A stretch of DNA of 51,549 bases from Peptococcaceae bacterium UBA2264. GTDB lineage: Bacteria > Bacillota > Desulfitobacteriia > Desulfitobacteriales > Desulfitobacteriaceae. Of this stretch, positions 9,986-18,218 are shown piece by piece. Position 1 is the stretch's first letter. Every line of letters starts with the position of its first letter. The notes under the pieces are model-generated. The model was not told the origin of the DNA and made no database searches. It saw nothing but the letters and a program-made list of their open reading frames with translations. Location of the stretch: positions 1-51,549 of the forward strand of contig DDXI01000068.1 in the NCBI GenBank assembly GCA_002347475.1. The letters run 5' to 3'. The translations under genes and the position numbers were made by a program.

Positions 9986-10030
9986 ACTCCCCTCGCTGTC
10001 CTTTTGGAAGTGAGGGGAGTTTTCTTTTTT
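9986..10030 (+). terminator. Rho-independent terminator after the lysis cassette
   Basis: A 9-bp stem actcccctc/gaggggagt (9986-9994 / 10012-10020) followed by tttctttttt. Confidence 0.75.
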
Positions 10031-10064
10031 CTCCTCATTGAGATTCAGGGAGGAGGAACAGAAC

Positions 10065-10277
10065 ATGCCAAACATTAATGCCGCAACGCCGGAAAGCATT
10101 TGTGCGAGAATTCCTGTTTCACAGGAGCAATTGCAATGTGAAATGGATTATATAAGAGCGCAGCGGATACTCGATTCCATGCTTCAAAAGGGACATATTT
10201 CTTTGTCGGAATTCAATAAAATCACCCTACTGAACCGCCAGTCTTTCTCACCCGCGTTGGCACAGATAATGCCATAA
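10065..10277 (+). CDS. Small helical protein preceding the recombinase genes (unknown function)
   Basis: ATG follows GGGAGGAGG. The ~70-aa product is a small ORF of a kind I recall upstream of large serine recombinases in Clostridia; that recollection is unverified. Confidence 0.4.
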   Translation: MPNINAATPESICARIPVSQEQLQCEMDYIRAQRILDSMLQKGHISLSEFNKITLLNRQSFSPALAQIMP

Positions 10278-10337
10278 AACCGTTGATATAACTCTGCTTC
10301 AGAGTTAATATGTGACACTGACCAAGGAGGTGAAAAT

Positions 10338-11900
10338 TTGAAAAAGGTTACGAAAATTGCTCCAACCACCCGGCCTACTGCAGAACAATCCCAGCTGCGT
10401 GTCGCCGCCTACGCACGTGTTTCGACCGACAGCGATGAGCAGCTGGTCAGCCTTGAAACCCAGAAAAACCATTACGAATCCTACATCAAGGCCAATCCAG
10501 AATGGGAGTTTGCGGGGCTTTACTATGACGAGGGCATAACGGGCACCAAAAAGGAAAAAAGGCCCGAGCTGCTTCGGATGATTGCCGATTGCGAACAAAG
10601 CAAAATCGACCTCATCGTCACAAAGTCGATCAGCCGATTTGCCCGAAACACCATGGATTGTCTGGGTTTGGTCCGAAAACTGACCAAGCTTGGCATTTCT
10701 GTGTATTTTGAAAGTGAGAACATCAACACCGGGTCAATGGAAAGTGAACTCATGCTGTCGATCCTGAGTGGACTGGCCGAGGGTGAATCTGCGTCCATCG
10801 CTGAGAACAACAAATGGTCCATACAGCGACGCTTTCAAAATGGTACTTATAAAATCGGCTGTTCGCCCTATGGCTACGATGCCGTAGATGGAGAACTGAT
10901 TGTGAATGAACAGCAGGCTGAAATTGTCCGGTTTATATTTTCTGAGATTCTGTCTGGGAAAAGCCTTCACAAAATTGCGGATGCTCTCAATCAACGCAAC
11001 ATTCCATCTAAAAAAGGTGGTCGATGGAAGGCTAATGCCCTTCGAAATATGGTCGTAAACGAGAAGTACATCGGCGATGCCCTCTTTCAAAAGACCTATA
11101 GCGATAGCCAGTTCAACAGGCATAAGAACGATGGCGAAAAAGAGCAATATCTGATTCGCGATCATCATGAGCCGATTATCAGCCGTGAGGATTTTGAGAC
11201 GGTTCAGAAAGTCATTGAGCAGCGCGGTAAGGAAAAAGGCGTAGAAAAGTACAGCGAGAAATACCAGAAACGATATCCCTTTTCCGGGAAAATCATCTGC
11301 GGCCAATGCGGTGATACTTTTAAGCGTCGTACACATTCCAGCGGGAGAAAATACATCGCGTGGTGCTGCTCGACTCATATTGAAAGCATCGAAAAATGTT
11401 CTATGAAATACATCCCGGATTCCGATTTTGAGTATGCCTTTATTACGATGATGAACAAGCTTATTTTTAGCCATCAATTCGTACTTAAGCCTTTACTGAT
11501 TGGCCTGCGCGGAGTAAATACAGACGATAGCCTCATAAGCATTCAAGACATTGATAAAAAGCTGGAGGAAAACGCTGAACAACAAAATGTACTGGTCAAC
11601 CTAATGGCCAAAGGCTATCTCGACCGCCCAGTTTATAAGAAAAGCAGTAACAATTTACTACAGGAAGCTGATCGACTGCAACGCCAAAAAGAGTCCATCA
11701 ACCGCTTACTACAGAACGGGAACCAGCATTTGAGCGAAGTGAGCGCCCTGCTGCAATATGCCACAAAAGCAACCATGGTTAAGCGCTTTGATGAAGATGT
11801 TTTCAAGACTTTTGTGAACCGGATTATTGTTTATTCACGGACTGAGATTGGCTTTGAACTGAAATGTGGCATTACCCTGAAAGAAAGGCTGGTGTCATAA
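10338..11900 (+). CDS. Large serine recombinase (resolvase + recombinase + zinc-ribbon domains)
   Basis: TTG start follows GGAGGTG. It has the catalytic '[11 protein letters not shown]' and 'SISRFARNT' motifs, the recombinase-domain 'NEKYIGD', and the Cys cluster 'CGQCGD...WCC'. Confidence 0.9.
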   Translation: MKKVTKIAPTTRPTAEQSQLRVAAYARVSTDSDEQLVSLETQKNHYESYIKANPEWEFAGLYYDEGITGTKKEKRPELLRMIADCEQSKIDLIVTKSISRFARNTMDCLGLVRKLTKLGISVYFESENINTGSMESELMLSILSGLAEGESASIAENNKWSIQRRFQNGTYKIGCSPYGYDAVDGELIVNEQQAEIVRFIFSEILSGKSLHKIADALNQRNIPSKKGGRWKANALRNMVVNEKYIGDALFQKTYSDSQFNRHKNDGEKEQYLIRDHHEPIISREDFETVQKVIEQRGKEKGVEKYSEKYQKRYPFSGKIICGQCGDTFKRRTHSSGRKYIAWCCSTHIESIEKCSMKYIPDSDFEYAFITMMNKLIFSHQFVLKPLLIGLRGVNTDDSLISIQDIDKKLEENAEQQNVLVNLMAKGYLDRPVYKKSSNNLLQEADRLQRQKESINRLLQNGNQHLSEVSALLQYATKATMVKRFDEDVFKTFVNRIIVYSRTEIGFELKCGITLKERLVS

Positions 11901-12323
11901 ATGAGCCACACCCCATTTGGATATCGGATAATAAACGGCAAAGCCGTAATCGATGAGATTGCCGCTGAGCAGATAAAGGCCCTATTCCTCGCTTATTTAA
12001 ACGGTGATTCCTTAGCGTATGCTGCACAAAAGGCTGGAATCCTAATCTCCCATGCAGTCATCGGAAAGATGCTCCGAAATGTCCGCTACCTAGGCGACGA
12101 TTACTATCCGGCAATTATAGAACCGGACATTTTTGAGTCAACCGAAAAGGAACGCATTAGGCGAGCTGAAAAACTCGGCCGAATCTTTGAACCAAAAGAA
12201 AATATTGAGGTCGTTTATCCTTTAACCTTCCATATCAAAGAAGGTAATGAGCAGTTCGACGACCCCTTCCAGCAAGCAGAATACGCCTACAGCCTGATCG
12301 AAAGAGAGGTGCAAAATGACTGA
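11901..12323 (+). CDS. Recombinase-domain-only protein (no resolvase catalytic domain)
   Basis: Its ATG directly abuts the upstream TAA. '[22 protein letters not shown]...[10 protein letters not shown]' matches only the recombinase (DNA-binding) domain pattern, and no catalytic Ser motif is present. Confidence 0.7.
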   Translation: MSHTPFGYRIINGKAVIDEIAAEQIKALFLAYLNGDSLAYAAQKAGILISHAVIGKMLRNVRYLGDDYYPAIIEPDIFESTEKERIRRAEKLGRIFEPKENIEVVYPLTFHIKEGNEQFDDPFQQAEYAYSLIEREVQND

Positions 12324-13890
12324 AGCAAAAATGAGTGTCACCGTACTCCCAGCCAGAAAACAAGCCCGTGGCAAAAATGACGATGAAGAAAAAGCAAAAC
12401 TCCGTGTAGCCGCCTACTGCCGCGTTTCCACGGATAGTGACGAGCAAGCCACCAGCTATGAAGCGCAGATAGAACACTACACGGCCTACATCAATGGCCA
12501 CCCGGACTGGCAACTGGCCGGAATTTATGCGGATGACGGCATCTCCGGTACTAACACCAAGAAGCGAGAGGAATTCAACCGCATGATCGATGAGTGCATG
12601 GCCGGTAATATCGACATGGTCATTACCAAGTCCATCAGCCGGTTTGCACGTAACACGCTGGACTGCCTGAAATATATCCGGCAGCTGAAAGAAAAAAGCA
12701 TCCCCGTCTACTTTGAGAAAGAAAACATCAATTCCATGGATTCCAAAGGCGAGGTCATGCTCACCATTATGGCATCCCTTGCCCAGCAGGAGAGCCAATC
12801 TTTGAGTCAGAACGTGAAGCTGGGTCTGCAATACCGCTACCAGCAAGGTGAAATTCAGGTCAACTGCAACCGCTTTCTTGGGTTTGCCAGGGATGAAAAT
12901 AAGCGCTTGATCATTGTCCCAGAGGAAGCTAAAATCATAAAACGTATCTACCGGGAATACCTTGAGGGAGCCAGTATGTTGAAAATCGCCCGTGGCCTTG
13001 AAGCAGATGGGATTCTGACCGGAGCAGGCAATGAAAAATGGCATACCAGCAACATCAACCAGATTTTGCGAAATGAAAAGTATATCGGCGATGCTCTCCT
13101 GCAAAAAACATATACCACGGACTTCCTCACGAAGACGCGAGTAAAGAACCATGGCATTGTTCCGCAGTATTATGTGGAAAACAGCCATGAGGCAATCATC
13201 CCTCGAGAAATTTTCATGCAGGTGCAGGAGGAGCTCATCCGTCGCCGCATCGTTCATACCAGCCCGAACGGGAAGAATAGAACCTTCAGCAGTATTCACT
13301 GCTTCTCTAACATGATTATTTGCGGAGGCTGCGGAGAGTTTTACCGCAGGATTCATTGGAACAACCGAGGTAAAAAGTCAGTTGTTTGGCGCTGCATCAG
13401 CAGATTAGAAAATACCGGACTTTACTGCGACGCCCGAACGATCCTGGAAAGCACAATCGAACAAGTACTGGTCACTGCAATCAATCAGACGCTCTGCGAC
13501 AAGGACTCCTTCCTTGTCACTCTGCAGAATAACATCGAAGCCGTCTTAACACACGGAAATGATCATACTCTGGCAAGCATCGACACGCGACTGTCGGAAC
13601 TGCAAGCCGAGCTTTTAAAACTGGCCAGCTCCAGAACCGATTATGAAAAAGTTGGCGATGAAATTTACCGTCTTCGCGAGGAAAAGCAGAAGCTTCAGCT
13701 GGAAAGCGCTGGACGGGATGATCTAAAAAAACGTATTTCCGACATGAGTACATTCCTAGAGGAACAGCCCACCGCCATTACAGAATATTACGAGCAGCTT
13801 GTCCGGCGGTTGATTGAAAAGGTTACTGTTTTTGAGGATAAGTTTACTGTGGAATTCAAGTCCGGTGTTGCGGTGGATGTGGAGGGGTAA
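12316..13890 (+). CDS. Large serine recombinase (second full-length copy)
   Basis: It overlaps the upstream gene by 8 nt. It has '[11 protein letters not shown]' and 'SISRFARNT' motifs, the 'CGGCGE...WRC' zinc ribbon and a C-terminal coiled coil. Confidence 0.9.
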   Translation: MTEAKMSVTVLPARKQARGKNDDEEKAKLRVAAYCRVSTDSDEQATSYEAQIEHYTAYINGHPDWQLAGIYADDGISGTNTKKREEFNRMIDECMAGNIDMVITKSISRFARNTLDCLKYIRQLKEKSIPVYFEKENINSMDSKGEVMLTIMASLAQQESQSLSQNVKLGLQYRYQQGEIQVNCNRFLGFARDENKRLIIVPEEAKIIKRIYREYLEGASMLKIARGLEADGILTGAGNEKWHTSNINQILRNEKYIGDALLQKTYTTDFLTKTRVKNHGIVPQYYVENSHEAIIPREIFMQVQEELIRRRIVHTSPNGKNRTFSSIHCFSNMIICGGCGEFYRRIHWNNRGKKSVVWRCISRLENTGLYCDARTILESTIEQVLVTAINQTLCDKDSFLVTLQNNIEAVLTHGNDHTLASIDTRLSELQAELLKLASSRTDYEKVGDEIYRLREEKQKLQLESAGRDDLKKRISDMSTFLEEQPTAITEYYEQLVRRLIEKVTVFEDKFTVEFKSGVAVDVEG

Positions 13891-13976
13891 CGTGTTGAGT
13901 AAGGTACTTTACGCAAAATTGGTGTATAGTGCCTTTTTCTTTATTTATATTCAGAAAGCATTGTGCTTTAAAAGGG

Positions 13977-15197
13977 TTATGTACGGCAATTAGAAAAATG
14001 TATCAAACCCTTAGTTACCCCTTTTTCTTTATTTTGATTACACGGTTCCAATTTAAGATAATCTAAAATATTATTCATCGTTTCAAACATCGTATAGATT
14101 GGGGCTGCATATTCTTCCACTGGTGCTTCTGATTTAAATCTATATTTCGTGACGAATCCAATAGTCAAGTTATGCTCCACATTAGTTTTACATTCCAGCA
14201 AAGCCTTGGATATACCTGTTTTTTTAAATACATTAATATGTGGCAAGGCGGGCGAAATTTTTGAAAGCAGCATTACATCTTTTCTAAAATAGAGCCCACT
14301 TTCTAATTCATCATAATTTTTTATGCTTTCCAAGTAAAAACTGTTATAATCCATGAAATTATAAATACAGTTATTATCTATTCCTAAACACTCAAACTGT
14401 TTATAATTGGTTAACTCATTTATTGTTTGATATTTTCGCAGAGAGTCTATTAGTCTTATGGAATTGTAAATTAGAAATCGATTCCCAGAAGGATATAGCA
14501 AATTGATGTTTTTTTCTACATTAGATATTATTTCAGAATAGTCCGTTTTGACTTGAAACACATCAAAAACATTGCCTTTTAATCTCTTACTTATTTCTTC
14601 TACAGTAACGTTTTTAAAATCAAATGTATATTCAAGGACTTCAGTTCCGTATATAATCCGCAACAAGTTATTATACAGTATATTCATTTCCTCTAAAATA
14701 TCTTTTACTAAGTATTGCTTGTAAAATCTTTGATTGGTTGCATCTATCATTGCACAACTAATCCATTCAGATAAATCTTTATAAAAATTATTGTTTTTGA
14801 TATCAAAGGTTGAGATTCTTTTATGATTAATATCAAAGGCTAATTTATCAATATTACTTGCTTTTGATACTAATAATATCGTGCGAGTTTCACCAAGTAA
14901 GGCCATTGCTATACCGGCTTCATACATTACATTAGGATTTGAAACCTGAGAATCATTTTTAAGTATTGCTATATGTGATAAATCTCCAATGAATACATCG
15001 CTATCTGAGATTTGGCTCCAAATTTTTTCTATAATATCGGGAGAGCCGGACTCATCTTGAGTAGGTGCATAAATAATATCTAAATCTAATTGTTTTGTCT
15101 TTAACAAATGCTTTTTAGATTCAGATAGCTGTTTTTTGACAAATCGTGCTATATCACTTTCTTGACTTTGCCATGCTAAAAATATTTTTCCTTTCAT
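13977..15197 (-). CDS. Prophage-end cargo protein: N-terminal TIR-like / nucleoside 2-deoxyribosyltransferase-like fold plus ~270-aa unknown C-terminal domain
   Basis: The 406-aa ORF is clean and has an SD. The N-terminal pattern is 'KIFLAWQSQ...DVFIGDLS...NPNVMYEAGIAMALLGETRTILLV' with a conserved Glu near residue 93. The gene is visibly AT-rich compared with its flanks and lies on the opposite strand to the phage genes. Confidence 0.6.
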   Translation of the reverse strand: MKGKIFLAWQSQESDIARFVKKQLSESKKHLLKTKQLDLDIIYAPTQDESGSPDIIEKIWSQISDSDVFIGDLSHIAILKNDSQVSNPNVMYEAGIAMALLGETRTILLVSKASNIDKLAFDINHKRISTFDIKNNNFYKDLSEWISCAMIDATNQRFYKQYLVKDILEEMNILYNNLLRIIYGTEVLEYTFDFKNVTVEEISKRLKGNVFDVFQVKTDYSEIISNVEKNINLLYPSGNRFLIYNSIRLIDSLRKYQTINELTNYKQFECLGIDNNCIYNFMDYNSFYLESIKNYDELESGLYFRKDVMLLSKISPALPHINVFKKTGISKALLECKTNVEHNLTIGFVTKYRFKSEAPVEEYAAPIYTMFETMNNILDYLKLEPCNQNKEKGVTKGLIHFSNCRT

Positions 15198-15230
15198 TCC
15201 CCTGTTTCCTCTCTGCGTTTGAATTTACAC

Positions 15231-15515
15231 ATCCAAACTGTACACTCATGTCTACCCAAATCAAAAAACATCTAAATCGACCACTACGCGAGCACAAAAA
15301 ACCCAAAACATCTATATTGACCACTCACTAACCACTGACATCTAAATCGCTCTGTCACAAGGATAAAGGCTTGTTTAGATATGTTCCCACGAAGCAAAAA
15401 ATCTTAATTTTATGGTTCAGATTTTTGACCCTCAAAACACACAAATGGCTTGAATACTGGGCTTTCTACGCCCCTACTCTTTCACCCTCGACATCAATAC
15501 TACCGTCTCAACGTG
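15231..15515. repeat. Element arm copy A (prophage side), ending in the 23-bp att core (15493-15515)
   Basis: It aligns by eye along its whole length with 17936-18218, with roughly two-thirds identity in conserved blocks. The identical core is atcaatactaccgtctcaacgtg. Confidence 0.8.
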
Positions 15516-15677
15516 AGATAGAGTGACTAATTTAGATGTCATGTTTTCCGGCTTCCAAAATCCTCGCAAAGCCCGCAAAACAGCCATTTGCAGTGCTTTC
15601 AAAAATCAATTTTCTTTGACATCAATCCTGAACTTGCATCATAGGGTCGGGAGCGTTGTATTGATGTCGCCTTTTTC

Positions 15678-16787
15678 TCATATATGAATCACCCTTGGCC
15701 GTTTCTTCCAATCGCTAAGCTCTAGTGTCCAATACCTCGCCCATTCCTTCATATCCTGATATTCCGGATGATTAGGATTCAGGATGATTTCGCGGAAGTT
15801 CGCAAACCCTCCAACTCCGCCCACATCCTCCGGTGGCGTTTGCCCACTTGCCTCCAGCAGATAAGGAGATTCCTTATCATGCTCTTCGATCACACGAATA
15901 AGTTGAATATCATGCTCCCAGTTATCCCCCATATCATATGTATAAAGCAACTGCTTGTACTTTGGTAAGAATTCGGATAAGGTATGCCGCTCCATTAAAA
16001 TAGCATCTTTATCGTATCCCAGATCTTCCTCGGAAGATACAATTCTGGCAACCGGCTTACGCTTACTATCACTGAAAATGGCAAAGTCATAAAGGTGACA
16101 GTTTTCCCATCCATACACAGACTGCAGCACCTTATGTAATTGAGAGAATTCAATGTCAGCGGGAACAATAAGCCTCCGCTCCGCCTTATATGCTTCCAGA
16201 TCAAGTGTGACCAGCAATTCAAAAGCCCGGTACTTATAGGGCTGCCTTCCTGTAAGCTCGGAAAGTGCGTTAATCATCTCTTGGGAAGGGGTGAACCCAT
16301 TGTTCGAGCTGCCGGAACAATCAACATAACGGTAATTTGCGGAAGCTCCAACCGTGTCGTTGAACATTTTCGCGATGCCATTATATTCTCTTCCAACATA
16401 GAAAGCGCACTCTAATCCCGCTTTCGTCACCCAGGATGCAGTTTGTCTGTTGCTATTTTTGACAAACTCCGCTTCGCCTGCCAACCGCATATATTCACTC
16501 ACCATCTCAGGATTTAGATTCATCGAAAGAAGCGTGTTTGAAATGGCAGCCGTCATCATTTCTGCAACATTTTTCAGATCTTTCCGTTTGACTTGATAAA
16601 TCGCAACGTTAAAACGTGTGGTATTGTTCACCAAGACAAGCATATCCTCTGATCTGCGATTGTCCCAGACCTTTGTCCAATTTGCCGTCCATGAGAATAA
16701 CGGATTGATGGTTTCGTCAATAGCAGGAAGCTTTAATTCCAAAGCATCTGCTAACTTTTTCGTCAATGCAATTTGCATGATTTGCAC
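15678..16787 (-). CDS. Plasmid pRiA4b ORF-3 (MM3350-like) family protein with extra N-terminal domain
   Basis: The C-terminal half has 'YTYDMGDNWEH' and 'PPEDVGGVGGF' motifs characteristic of PRiA4_ORF3. I did not recognise the N-terminal ~190 aa. Confidence 0.75.
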   Translation of the reverse strand: MQIMQIALTKKLADALELKLPAIDETINPLFSWTANWTKVWDNRRSEDMLVLVNNTTRFNVAIYQVKRKDLKNVAEMMTAAISNTLLSMNLNPEMVSEYMRLAGEAEFVKNSNRQTASWVTKAGLECAFYVGREYNGIAKMFNDTVGASANYRYVDCSGSSNNGFTPSQEMINALSELTGRQPYKYRAFELLVTLDLEAYKAERRLIVPADIEFSQLHKVLQSVYGWENCHLYDFAIFSDSKRKPVARIVSSEEDLGYDKDAILMERHTLSEFLPKYKQLLYTYDMGDNWEHDIQLIRVIEEHDKESPYLLEASGQTPPEDVGGVGGFANFREIILNPNHPEYQDMKEWARYWTLELSDWKKRPRVIHI

Positions 16788-16847
16788 TCCCTTCCGGTAA
16801 AAGCAGATCGTTCATCTCATATTACCGAAGTAATAATAGAAATGGGG

Positions 16848-17825
16848 TTATTCAGTATTCTTTCGTTTTGAGCTGTAATGCGTTCCTTTTCTTTTTGCCG
16901 CTCCGTTAACAATTTCAATATTACTCCTGCGTTTCATTTCCTCTTGAGCTTGTTCGAATTTCTCAAGCGCGATAATCGGGTCATGAGCATCTTTCATTAA
17001 AAACTGTTCATATTCTCCATCATTCATGAACTGCTTATTATTTGGAAAATCCCCGGTATAGGTCTTTCCCAATAATACTTGTCCGATGTACTTCTCATTA
17101 CCTAGCACTGTCTGGATGGATTTTTTTGACCAAATATCTTTACCTTGTGGTGATTTAATGCCTCTATTATTAAGTTCTTTAGCTATAAGACCGATGCTGA
17201 GTCCGCTCAAATATAAATCAAAGATCTCGCGGACGACCTTGGCTTGCTCCTCATCGATAATGAGCTCGCCCTCTCCATTTTGTTTATAGCCAAAGCATTT
17301 GCGAGAATACAGCTTTGAATTTCCAGATATAAAACCACGCTTCAATCCCCACTTGATTGCTTCCCCTGTTGACTCGCTTTCGGCCTGAGCGATTGCCCCA
17401 AGTGCGGAGATAAGCATATCGTTATCGGCTTCACTGGTGCGTAAATTTTCATGATGAAAAATTACTTCTATTCCCAATCCTTTAAGTCTGCTCACCGTTT
17501 CAAGCAAGTCTACTGTGTTTCGTGCAAACCTGCTGATGGTTTTCACAAGTACAATATCAATTCTATTTTCGTAGCAATCAAAAATCAGCTTCTGGAAATC
17601 AGGCCGAAAAACATTGCCGCCAGAATCTCTGTCACTATAGACACCGTAAAGCATCCACTTTGGATTATCCTCCACAACTTGCTTTAATGTTTTGATTTGG
17701 ATATCCAAGCTTTCTTCCTGTGCTTCATGCGTCGTACTAACGCGACAATATATTGCGACCATTTTTAATCCCTGTGATTTGGCCGGAATCATTGTAACTG
17801 TCATTTTCGATTTTTCATTTTCCAT
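16848..17825 (-). CDS. Short serine recombinase (resolvase + recombinase domains, no zinc-ribbon/coiled-coil C-terminus)
   Basis: It has 'YCRVSTTHE' and 'TISRFARNT' motifs and 'NEKYIGQ'. It ends ~190 aa earlier than the two phage recombinases. The start was chosen at the ATG after GGGGTGA; the ORF stays open to 17849. Confidence 0.8.
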   Translation of the reverse strand: MENEKSKMTVTMIPAKSQGLKMVAIYCRVSTTHEAQEESLDIQIKTLKQVVEDNPKWMLYGVYSDRDSGGNVFRPDFQKLIFDCYENRIDIVLVKTISRFARNTVDLLETVSRLKGLGIEVIFHHENLRTSEADNDMLISALGAIAQAESESTGEAIKWGLKRGFISGNSKLYSRKCFGYKQNGEGELIIDEEQAKVVREIFDLYLSGLSIGLIAKELNNRGIKSPQGKDIWSKKSIQTVLGNEKYIGQVLLGKTYTGDFPNNKQFMNDGEYEQFLMKDAHDPIIALEKFEQAQEEMKRRSNIEIVNGAAKRKGTHYSSKRKNTE

Positions 17826-17935
17826 AACTTCACCCCATTCCGAGGTCATTAATGGTGATAGATAAGTAGACTAAATCGATTTTAAGCTCATCTTATGTAG
17901 TCTATACCTATATAATCAAGGCCGATTTTCACAAC

Positions 17936-18218
17936 ATCCAAACTGATTTCTCGACCTCAAAAAATCCAAAAACATCTAAATCGACCACTCAACAAGCGCA
18001 AAAAACTCAAAACATCTATCCTGACCACTCATCAATTACTGACATCTAAATCGACCACTCGCAAGGGTTTCAGGCGATATCGGTATGTTCCCACGAAGCA
18101 TAAAAATCACTTTTTTCAGGCTCCGATTCCAAATTCAAAATCACAGAAAAGCCTTATATCAAGCCTTTCCAGACACCCCGTTTTAAACCCTCGTAATCAA
18201 TACTACCGTCTCAACGTG
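17936..18218. repeat. Element arm copy B (mini-element side), ending in the 23-bp att core (18196-18218) and encoding the rumA C-terminus
   Basis: It is homologous to 15231-15515 and shares the same core and the same 18-bp motif array. Confidence 0.8.

Larger units (their letters stand above)
1..15515 (+). mobile_element. Partial integrated siphovirus-like prophage (head-tail joining, tail, lysis, recombinase and cargo modules); left end lies outside the window
   Basis: Contiguous same-strand phage structural and lysis genes with overlapping or coupled starts. The recombinase trio sits at the right end, and the right boundary is the 23-bp core shared with the rumA junction. Confidence 0.85.
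15516..18218. mobile_element. 2.7-kb integrated mini-element (PRiA4_ORF3-family gene + short serine recombinase) in tandem with the prophage at rumA
   Basis: It is bounded by the two copies of the 23-bp core, and its right arm supplies the last 12 codons of rumA. Confidence 0.65.

Noticed and set aside
12235-13356. A long antisense ORF of 373 aa inside the second large serine recombinase gene. Similar antisense ORFs lie at 10734-11477, 3397-4035, 5154-5654, 26729-27559, 48601-49263 and 50663-51238.
   Set aside because: Each lies fully opposite a gene with strong family motifs and proper SD/start context. Their translations are low-complexity with no recognisable motifs, and no RBS was seen. 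They are most likely artefacts of codon composition.
13977-15197. The TIR-like gene as part of a canonical Thoeris, Pycsar or CBASS system.
   Set aside because: No ThsA (SIR2/SLOG), nucleotide cyclase or CD-NTase gene is present within the element, so I report it only as a stand-alone candidate.
15619-15670. The inverted repeat gacatcaat...attgatgtc downstream of the PRiA4_ORF3 gene, whose right arm resembles part of the att core (cgacatcaatac).
   Set aside because: It could be a terminator with a long 34-nt loop or a secondary recombinase half-site. The 9-13-bp match is too short to separate from chance without statistics or comparative data.
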